Source: Amoeboaphelidium protococcarum X5
Lineage: Eukaryota > Fungi > Aphelidiomycota
DNA length: 64,000 bases
Assembly: GCA_023515725.1 (NCBI GenBank)
Contig: JALDTO010000266.1
Location: 1,571,608-1,635,607, forward strand
Direction of reading: 5' to 3'
The notes beneath the pieces were generated by a model. It had not been told where the DNA came from. It made no database searches and saw nothing but the letters and a program-made list of their open reading frames with translations. This document shows, piece after piece, positions 28,228 through 38,263 of the stretch (position 1 is its first letter; every line of letters begins with the position of its first letter). The translations under genes were made by a program, and so were the position numbers.

Positions 28228-29386
28228 GGGAGACCCACTTCTCTTACTCTAGGATACCACATTTATGCTGGATTACGTATCATTGCTAGACGGCGCGCAC
28301 GACTTGCCCTAATACTATTTCTCAGGATGCAGTAGAGACTTGGATGATACTGATAGATTACAGAGCAGCTGGCAATTTTTCTGCGCACACTACGGAAAGA
28401 CAGGTACAGCATCCAGCGCATTATTACGGCTACGCGTATCTAAATTGCACATCAATGCTTCTAAGGATTAATAAGCTATAACGTAAACTTGAAACAAGCG
28501 ATTGACGCCACAATTTGTTGAGAAGAAAAAGAAAGACAGTAACACTGTAAGCTCAAATTATTGTAGGCACCAAGCGTAAACAGCTGTGAGATGAAGGCTC
28601 TTTTCACTCGTGTGAACAATGTGGTATATATACTAGCAGTTGATATACTATTAATGTACATGACATACAGTCCCATGCCGCTGTACATATACGCAAACTT
28701 ACACGCATCAGTGCACAAAAAAAGAAGAAGAAAGAAGCGCAAATTGTATGCAATGTGAGTGAGCTATCCTCAAATGATGATTTCCCCCAGACAGACTTTA
28801 ATCAGTGTTCATTTTATGGACATCACTGCTTTTTAACATGAAAATACGTTCGTTTAGAACCATCAAGCCAAATGGGTACATTTCAGAGATGAACGGTTAA
28901 AAAAGATACCACTCAGATACCATTCAAAAGATGCCTGATTGTTTATTAAGATACCAATCTATACATTTCTGATTATTTATTTAGATAAATTTCGTGTTTT
29001 AAATCGTTTTAGCGCCAATCAAGCTGTGGACAATTTGGTATTTCAGCGTATTGGCTTTGTAATTGTTCCTCAATTTTTAAAGTTTTTACGGTGAATTTCC
29101 AATGCGAGAGTACTGTAGACATTAATAAGAGAAGTTTGATGGGGTTATAACGGCTTTTCTAAAGTGCATTATATAATAAAGTATGATCAGATTGGTTTAT
29201 CAAAGCCTAATCGTCTCCGAATGGCGCATAATCAGTTGTAATCAGATATGATACTAAATTTAGTAGAGTTCCCCAAAATAGCGTAGGTCTAGTCACTTAG
29301 TGAGAACAAAGATTTATTATAGTATTGAGGAATGACGATCTCACCATTCTTTTGGGAAAGCGACCAGAACCAGTCCAACTTGAACT

Positions 29387-29988
29387 ATGGAGGCTACCAC
29401 TATTGATAAACGACGAGATTCTTGGAATTTATCGGGCGACGAAGTAAATGCCGCTTAGGAGCTGATGGTGGCCGATGGTCTGACTCAAGAAGAGATGAAT
29501 GATGATTTGAGGTGTTTCTCTACGCTAAGGATACAATACGGGAAATATGTAATTTGGTGCGGGTAATTGAGTTTACTTGTCTACTCAAATCCTGATAGTG
29601 CTATGGTTTCCGAAGTAGCTTGTAAGGAACTGCGACAGGCTCTTGTAAGACTCAAAAGTATTGTTGAGACAGAAGAAGTGGGTACGAATTTCGGCGATGA
29701 GGTTCAGGCTCCTTTAATTATTAGTTTCGTATTTCAGCCTCCTGAATGGGGCCGTGGGAAAAAGTTTTGTTGTATTTCGAGATCACTGTTTACTCAAGGA
29801 CAAACCACATGTCTATTGGAACGCGTATAGCCTAGCGGTCTATGCAGTATGCACGCTCCCGTTGTTCTTCAACACTATCTGGTAGCCATGAGTCCCAATG
29901 ATTCAGTGCCGATGCGCAATATGGCTGTATACTGGAAATAGTATATGTCTGCGAAACAATTGGAAATGTTTATTTTTGATAATGATAA
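29387..29988 (+). pseudogene. Truncated papain-like cysteine peptidase of chytrid/oomycete effector-associated type
   Basis: RVQPSGLCSMHAPVVLQHYLVAM (Q...C signature); SFVVFRDHCLLKDKPH lies in a shifted frame; similarity stops at FIFDND before any catalytic His. Confidence 0.6.
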
Positions 29989-30105
29989 GCTATTTGCCAT
30001 TTTTTGCATTAGTTATTACCCTGATAGTGAAACAACAGGATTGAGCAATGCAATTTAACTCACTGTATTGAAGCCATACTGTAATCACAATCCCAATCTC
30101 AGCTA

Positions 30106-31671
30106 TCAATCAAGATCCAAGTCAACAAATTCAACAATTCTGCCGTCCGCTTTCTCAGCCATTTCAAAGTCAATAATGCGGACGCGTCCACTACTGTCGA
30201 CGGTCATATTCGCAGGTCTCAAATCTCCATGTCTATAACCAAGAGCATGGATTTTATCAAGAGCCACTTGAACATCAGCTTCGCGTCCACTATACTACTC
30301 AGTAGTCATAGATTATCCAACATTTTCCAACACGATAACCAGCAGCATACTGCATAAAGTACCGTACGCGATAAATCGTGGAATCACTGTGCCCTACAAT
30401 GACTCCAGAGCTTTGTACACTTCAACCTCATTATTGAACTTTTGTAATGCATTTGGTTTCTTTGACAGGTCCACAGTCTTGAAAATGACTCCTTGTTAAT
30501 CTGCAAAATTTCCTAAAGCAACCGCACCAAACCTACCGCGATAAATAATATTCGTCCAATGGCAGTAAGCATTCAGATCGACTGACTAGTAATTAACTAC
30601 ACGAGCTTTTCTGATGAGAGCCGGACTAACGACCTTGCTGCTATGCGGTGAAGTGTACATCCAATCATTAGCAGAGCTCTCAATCAAAGACAGCAAGTAG
30701 ATCCATGCAGCTACTAATGTGTACGGCTATCTCTAAGAACATTTGATTACAGGCGAACACTCCAACACTGATCTCCCTTCCTGTTCAAGATCTTCAACTT
30801 TGCGAAGAAACACCGTCTCGTTAAATGTAGTAAGAACACCATAGCGGTGGCGATTTAGAGTCATGTAGACGTAGACCTACTCAACCGCTCTTATGATCTT
30901 ACCTTTTTCAACCTTATCAGCAGCGTCGGTGCGCTTTTACTTCGTAGTCTCAAAGTCAACGTATTCTTAATTGTATCTCGGAATCAAATCAACAAGACTT
31001 TTAATCGCCCAAGGAGTCTTTAACTCCACTGTAAGTTTTGGAAGATCTTCATATCTATTGGTAACCCAAACCAGATCTGGGTCTCCCAATACTTTGACGG
31101 CTGATTTAGATACAAATCCGCAGTTACTGCCAAAATACGCGTAACCTTCATGGCCAGAGAGAGATTGACAGCATTCACTAATTATATCAAGTGGTCGTCT
31201 CACGTACTCTGATTAAACTTCAACCTCACTGCATACAAACTGATCTTTTGCCAATGGTACATTTCTACCAAACTCTTAATCAGGTACCTGAGCAATAAAA
31301 TCTACAACTCCTTAGTCAAAGTCGGCCCAGACGCGTAAATCAAGTTGCGTGATATCAGGATACTTTTTGCTTACGCTCGTTGTGGTCCCTTTGCCACTCG
31401 TTTGAAATACAACACGGCATTCCTTAAGAGTGATATTGACACCATCATAGACAGTCTGCAGCATCTTAATATTTGACTCGACGAGATACTGAAAAATGTC
31501 ATGCCCATGCAAACTATTTTTCTGAATCAGCTACTGTCTAGTTAAAATTAACCAATTCTAATAAGCCAGCAACTGCTTTTCTTCAAGCTCATTGATCAAA
31601 TATTCTGGTTTAGGTTGCAGAGAGTTCAGATATTCTAAAAGACCTTTGAATTTTTTATTTATACTAGACAT
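30106..31671 (-). CDS. Crinkler-type effector: helical header + PD-(D/E)xK nuclease + kinase-like domain (521 aa)
   Basis: GDPD...VELKTPW...EQVYVYM...RYGVLTTFNETVFLR (REase); RGRFGAV, NEVEVY, HGDLRPAN, IIDFE (kinase); intact with TAR=Q. Confidence 0.8.
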
Positions 31672-31771
31672 TGCTTATATTTCAAAAGATAAATCTGAAA
31701 ATGACGCCAAGATGGAAGAAAAGTTAATCGTGATTTGAGGGCCAAATCGAAAATTGATCTTAGTCCAATCA

Positions 31772-31803
31772 GATTCTAATTACAGAATTATATAATTAGA
31801 ATC
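31772..31803. repeat. Perfect 11-bp inverted repeat at the left edge of the AT-rich island
   Basis: GATTCTAATTA-cagaattata-TAATTAGAATC, 3 nt before ATG 31807. Confidence 0.85.
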
Positions 31804-31806
31804 AAA

Positions 31807-32076
31807 ATGAATGTAGAAAAATTTGTTTAAAAATTCAACAAAACCTTTAAGGTTTGTGAAGAAGTAAATATGTATAACGGTAAGACGTTTAAAAGGGTGT
31901 TATTCAACAAATAAGGATCATTTATAAGAGACCATATACGTGAAATTTTAAAGCAATATGTAGAAGAATACGCTAAATGTTTCAATATTACATTCAAGTA
32001 CAAAAAAGAGTTGATTGAAACAATGAATTAGATTGTAAAAAAACTTGAATTGGTTGATGAACCGTGTTTTGTTTGA
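31807..32076 (+). CDS. Hypothetical 89-aa K/N/F-rich virus-like protein
   Basis: MNVEKFVQKFNKTFKVCEEVNMYNGKTFKR...DEPCFV stop; 3 internal TAR; ends 6 bp from the convergent HNH gene. Confidence 0.55.
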
Positions 32077-32082
32077 ATTGAT

Positions 32083-32586
32083 TCAAGTCGTTGGAAATTC
32101 GGTTATAAAACGATGACCTTGGCTGTTTAATTCTTTCATTACCTAGTCTCTTCTAATAACTGCGTCTTCAAAATTTTTATATAAACCATAAGATTTTGTT
32201 CCACGGTTTACCCATAACTAAACCCACCATTTACCAGCTTATTTATGCCAAACAGTATTACTTTCACCTGATGTATTGTTCTTTTATTTTCCTCGGTGTT
32301 GTTAATTATGTGAAGCTGAAACAACCACTAAATTTTCAATTCTATTGTCATCTTTGACACCATTTATATGATTAATTTACATACCTTCTGGAATTTCACC
32401 AATAAAAACCTCGTAAATCTTACGATGGACTCCTACGACTCTGTTTACATTTTTATCGCCAAATTACAAATAACCACAATTGTTTAAACTCAACTTCTAA
32501 AACTCTCCCTTCTTTTTATTGAAAATCTAACCATTGGAGTAATACCAGTAATAATCGTCTTCGACACTTGTAACACCTTTACTCAT
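32083..32586 (-). CDS. HNH-AP2 homing-type endonuclease (167 aa)
   Basis: VHRKIYEVFIGEIPEGMQINHINGVKDDNRIENL...HNQQH (HNH) then NNTSGESNTVWHKQAGKWWVQLWVN...YGLYKNFEDAVIRRD (AP2); 9 TAR codons, no TGA or frameshift. Confidence 0.88.
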
Positions 32587-32630
32587 TTTATTTTTATAAT
32601 TCTATAAAGATAAAAACTTTTAAATTAAAA

Positions 32631-33060
32631 TCAAATTCTTATAAGTACTCCTTTTTCTATACGTTTATTAACCATTTTCACCGTTATTTGTTAGTCATTA
32701 TCCAAAATATTTTCTATAGCTGGAGTAAACCGATTTCTACTTAAACTGGTCTCTGGGTTTATCTTCTTGAAATAATTGTAAAGATCTTTCATCATTATGA
32801 AAGTAAATTCATCCTTATGCCTAATCTTATGAACATTGAATTGTTCAATGTTTTGCTTGACATTGTCTAAAAACCCATCTAATTGTTTGCTGTTCTCAAT
32901 CTTTTTCTATCTATGATACTCACGAAATAGTTGTTAAAACACTGCCTTGGGTTGAAATCACCTAACTCGTAATTATATAGATAACTAAAGACCTTATGTT
33001 GATATTCAACTGGCTGGATCTTTTTCAATCTCTCAACGGTTTCTTGGGTACCTTAATAGA
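32631..33060 (-). pseudogene. C-terminal fragment of a viral D5-like/SF3 primase-helicase
   Basis: VFSYLYNYELGDFNPRQ, then after a frameshift (~32925) winged-helix-like KDLYNYFKKINPETSLSRNRFTPAIENIL; no Walker motifs present. Confidence 0.5.
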
Positions 33061-36000
33061 TCTCCAGTCAAATGTCGTCAGATAAATGTCGCTAGATCGA
33101 TCAAGAAAATGTAGCCAGATAAACCATCGCGCGTGTTGGATCTGGAGACACAACAATTGTCGCAACATCGCCGAAAGAAAAGTCTTGCGTCGACTTAGTC
33201 CACATCGCAAGTATTGAGTAAGGCATTTATATTCTTTTGAGTAATAATAAACTTTCTTTATCTAATTAAATTTATAGAACGTCATTCCTTGTTGTAACAA
33301 TTATTAAGTATGAATCAAGTTCCTGGTCTAAGCATTGAACAACTTTCAGCCGCCGAAAGGGAAGAAAAGAAGTGACAAGACCGACGCTGGTTAGAAGAGT
33401 GTTGTTAAAGACTGGTTTTGTCCCAACCCAGGGTGCAACCATAACACTTAGAGGTAGAACGCCAAATCTCATTTAGCCTCTTGTGCTAAGGCAATGCAGA
33501 TAGAGAGTGAACGCAAGCGACAATCCGCGTCATTGATGAATTTTTTGAATCCATCTAAAAAGCAGAAGCCTGTGTAAGTTGATGCACCAGATTTATCAGA
33601 TTAAGAGAATGTTAAGTTGATTGAAACAACTGCTGTTAAATAATCTGAACTGCCGTGGAATCTGTAGGAAAGCACTGACTGGATTCAAAAGTTTGCTGAT
33701 GAAATTGATTTTGCCATCAAAGGCAATAAATCAAGAGGTCCATAATGCAAGGCTACGTTGTCATAAAGTGGCGTCTGTGACTGCTGCCCTGTGTTTCCTT
33801 TGAAGTGGAAAGATTTGTTTCAGTATCCTCCGAATGCGTTACTGGCTTCCCCTGATGTGAAAGCTGTGAATTTTTTGAAGGAGAAAGTACTTTTCTGGGT
33901 GCCAGAAGTTATGTTTTGGCGTTTTGGAGTTCGTCATATGCCCTGTCCTGTTCATGGTGCTATAGCCGGTAGAGTCAAACTGTCTGGATGGAATTCTGCC
34001 GGTCCACGTAAGGTAATTGGCTTGGGTGAATCGTATTATGTAATGTTTAAGTAATATGAATGCTCACTGTGTTTGAATAAGAATGGTAATCCTGGTAAGA
34101 TTTTTCGCGGCATCGATCCTAACATTTTGCAGCACCTGCCTGAGCATGTTCAAATGTAATTGCCGTACTCTACTATTGACAACACAATACTCGATAACAA
34201 GTTGATTTAGTTTATGGATCGCTAGATTATGAAGGGAATGTCATTTGAAGGACTGGTGGATCTATTGTCTGAGTTGTTTCATAATCAATACTAATCTAGA
34301 CATCTAGCATACTTATCTGCTTCTACTTATGTTCGTACGCATCCGCATTAGTCTGTCTCATTCTCTGGTCCACTTGACTTAATAGATCCGTTCCCTGAGT
34401 TCAAAGACAAGTTGGTTGACATTTCTGTGCCATCATCCGCAACGATGAAGAAGTTCTATCTAAAAAGTCAATCTGATTAGTACGACCTGAGGAATGCGTC
34501 CATTGTCGCGACTACAGGAAAAGTACTTTGCGGTGATCACACTTTTAAGGCCGCGAAGGTGCCAATAGCTAACTCTCAGCAGGTGTTTGAAGGATTGTAC
34601 TCTATGGTCAATGAGTATGGATAAGTGGTCGGATATTGGCTTGTTCCCAATAAGAGTCTGAAAGAATTGGATGATGAGTTTGCAGAATTAAGTCTACGAT
34701 ACGTGGCTAAGAATGAGACTGGTCCTCAAGTGTTTTATACAGATCTCTGCTGCTCAGAAAGAGAATACTTGTGTCATAAATTTCCTTCCTTAGTTTGCGA
34801 CAATGGTGTATAAAAAGTCTTGCTTGACGTTTGGCATTTCATGGAGCGATATCCCGTGTCTAAGCGTCATTATATGTATTCTCTTTTTGCTGGTTCTCTT
34901 AGAGATGCAATATTTATATGTTCTGAGGAGGATTTGATGGCTGTTAAGTCTGTTTTGACCGGCCGTAATGTATCAGCAGAATAGGTAGCTTAAATTAAGC
35001 GCAGTTCTCTGGTGGCTAAAGGAAAAGTTAGACGTTTTATTCCATCTGCAGACGTTCTTAGTGAGAGGATTGATTAAGTGATTTAAATGTTTAGATTACT
35101 TGACTAGTCATTCATCACTGACGCCGTTATAAAACAGCACGAGCTTAACATGAAGCATGTCCGTGCAGGTTGCCTTTCTGATCCTAAAGGTGTTGATTTA
35201 TATATGGAGATTAAATCTGGTCAGGATGGTACTTTCAAAGTGTTTAAATGTTGTCGTGGAACTAGTCAGCAAGAAGGCTATCATATGAATCTTTACAATT
35301 CTTTTAAAGCTAAGTCTATTGCGCCCGTATTGTTTGATGTAATGCTCTAAGATTTTGTGTATAGACGGAATATTGATGCAGCTGTTCTCTGCGGTTTGAT
35401 GGCTGATTGTCATATTTATAATCCATCTATTCTGTAAAAGTTGAAGCAGATTTATTAGAGCAATGAGGCCCTGTTTAAGAGTGAAGTGTTACCGAATATC
35501 ATTATACCTCCTGTCACTGAATTTACGAAATCAATCAAGTTTGGATGTAAGAAGTACCAAGATGCGTCCGTTGACTTTAACTAATTAACTGAAAGCTTAT
35601 TGCTGATTGAGTATGATAATATTGAAGAAGGACAGCAGTTTGACTCTGTTGATTTGTAAATCTAAATATCTGATGCCGCCTCCTTAACAAGCTTGGAATT
35701 GAGTTTAGATCTGAATTCTGATAAGGTTATCTCACAGTTTGCATTCGACTCTATTCCATAGCCGGTGAAGACTTAAAGTGAACTGAATCTATTTCTACAT
35801 CTTCTTGATACGCAGATCAAGGGTGCTAGTTAATAAGGTGGTGTTTAGAAAGGAAGGAAAATTGATTATCATAAGATTGCCAAGTAATGGAATGCGTTAG
35901 TTTTTAGAAAGATTGCAGAGTGCAGTGATTAAATGTAAGTATCTGATGTTTTGGAGTAATACACATTCAAAGCTGCAAGTCAATTAAAGAGCTTTGAGGA

Positions 36001-36990
36001 TGTAGTTGATAAAAAGTTGTCTGCAAATAGAGCTCTCGAACCTCACAAAGCTGAGTTTAGATAATTGTAATTATATCTTACTGATCCAACCAAGGAGAGA
36101 ATTCCGTTTTAAAAGCGTGTCGACCTGTGGTCTAACCCACTTACTGAGAGAGAGGATGGCGGCGCTGATCAGCAGATTGCAGTTGGCCGGAAAGACTCTA
36201 TCGATTCTCATACTTAGACGGATCTTAGTGCGAAGGATTGTGTGTGTCCCTCGGGAACTAGAAGCCATGATATGGTCACAGATATTTTGGCAGACTATAA
36301 CTTGGCTGAGTTGTAGGAGTTGAATCCTGATCTGGATATTAATACAGACATTGACGGTGGATTGTAATGGTATACCAATATTGCTGACGTTATTGAAACA
36401 ATCAGCATGTTTGAACATAGTAATGATGACGTTGGCAATGCGCTGGTTGATATTGAGAATGTGTAGAATCGCGTAACTGAATGTCATCATGCAGTAGAGT
36501 AATTCGGGGTGCCAATAATGTATGTGGCTGAAGACAGGATTTAAGATGGAGATGAGACAATTGTCATGAATGAGCAGGTGAACTTAACTGAGCTGATTTT
36601 CAATTAGTCTCTGGATCAAGGTTTTACCAGAGATAACGGGTTCGAAGACGAGTAGTATTTAGAGCGCTGTCTTGAAAATGCTTTGGTGGATCAAGTCTGC
36701 CGCGTGTGCTGGAAGCCGCGTAAATATGTTGAGTCGCCAACGTTGACTGATGAGCACGACGATAAAAAATGTGGATTGGTTGGGGACTTGAGTGAGAATT
36801 AAGTAAAGTAGCGTAAAGCAAAGTACAAGACTGTCAGTAAACGGGTGGCCAGACGCGCCAAGTCGTGATATAAAGATGAGACTGATTATATAGCCTTAGT
36901 TATTGCATTTTGCGCTATTTTTAAGACCTTAACCGTATTATAATATCTCAATCGGCCTCCGGCCGATTTCGGTATTACATTTTTCCCTAG
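33061..36990 (+). mobile_element. Putative non-TIR DNA transposon carrying a large DDE-type transposase
   Basis: Contains ORF 33350-36868; right end has hairpin 36941-36977 then CTAG|T; left end proposed at A|TC where the helicase frame breaks. Confidence 0.5.
33350..36868 (+). CDS. ~1170-aa DUF6729-like DDE transposase (Mutator/ISL3-like DxxH class); start codon not located
   Basis: No internal TGA; C2HC finger (CPNPGC...HLASC), GDHTFK, VNEYGQV, YTDLCC, LDVWHFM, GCLSDP, RGTSQQEGYH. Confidence 0.8.
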
Positions 36991-37177
36991 TGGCCATATT
37001 ACAAGCCACATGGTTCCTTAGCGCTTGTATTGACACCTTTTCTCCTTAATCTCTGGAATCATTCAAAATGTTAATGATGAAGTTGACCATTTGAAACTTG
37101 AGATCCAGCCATTCATTGAATTTGTGTATGAACTTCTTATCAGGGAATATATACGAATATTAATCGAGCGTATCTGA

Positions 37178-37849
37178 TCATACTGATTCAGTTCGGCAAT
37201 CTCTCGCCGATTTTTCATCTTGCCGATTTTTGGTTTCATGTTTTCCAACGCCACTAGAGATTATTCCGAAAGCTGTAGCACTTTCTTCTTCCTTCTTCTT
37301 CTTCTTCTTCAAACTCTTAGATGACGACTATTACTGCTTAGATTTCCATTTAGCCATTAGAGAGTCTGTATCTGATGCAATCTACTGATTCCGCATTTTG
37401 GATTCAATGATATTCTCAATTTAATGCTGCACCTGACTAAAACTTTACTTCTCCTGGCTCTCACTTACGTTTTGTCCCATGTCTTTACGATTCAAATTAG
37501 GATTGAACTTTGCTGTTAAGGAGTGTTCTGTTTATTAAGATTACGGTATTTGCCAGTCCATGTCAGTGCATTTTAACAACAGTCGTTAATTGAACGCGTC
37601 TGTGTTGCCATTCCAAACATAATGTCCAAACCATTCAGATTTAGTATTATACCAAGGGGCAAATACTGGAGCAAATGCGGCAAATGATGATGCGCCAAGT
37701 TCTTTGACTATCCGAATATCAACTTCATTGATCACCTTAGCACACACGGAGAGAAATCCGGGAATATCTTGATGATATGCTTAAGTTTTGAAATCTTCTA
37801 GTGCTGTCTTTGCAGCCGCAGATAATTCACGTTTTTGGCTTGGCTACAT
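37178..37849 (-). CDS. Hypothetical 223-aa protein, possibly a pseudogene (frame stays open past the TGA to 36991)
   Basis: MQPSQKRELSAAAK... open frame with TAR=Q; no family recognised. Confidence 0.4.
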
Positions 37850-38263
37850 TTTCAAATGATCAGTATTGCGATGAAAGAATTAGAACACTGTCAGTAAGCA
37901 TTGAATACAATGCAATGATGAGATGTGACACGACCAGTCATCATTTCATTGTGATATCAATGAGGATGGTCGCAGCTTAAAACCACTCAGGAGTTATTGC
38001 TATTGTTAAGGTATTGAGACAAGCTCAGAAGATTAGCAATAAAGTAAACGAGTAATTAGATTATTGACTTGTATTGAAGAGTATGTAAAAATATATAGAA
38101 TCTCATTGATAATCGTATTTAAAATAAGACGAACTATCATACAAATACTTTATGGATAAAAAATTTCAAAAGGACTTGGTGCAACGAATGATTGATCCGC
38201 CACAATTTCAACTTCCTTTCATTCAATCTGATCAGCAAAATTTAAAAATCAACTAAAGAGAAA

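Noticed and set aside
33061-36990. Autonomous Helitron or classical TIR element
   Set aside because: No HUH/Y2 or PIF1 motifs, and no reverse complement of the right end was found on the left.
37178-37180. Selenocysteine or TGA read-through in the 37849 ORF
   Set aside because: No redox motif or SECIS evidence; a true stop or nonsense mutation is simpler.
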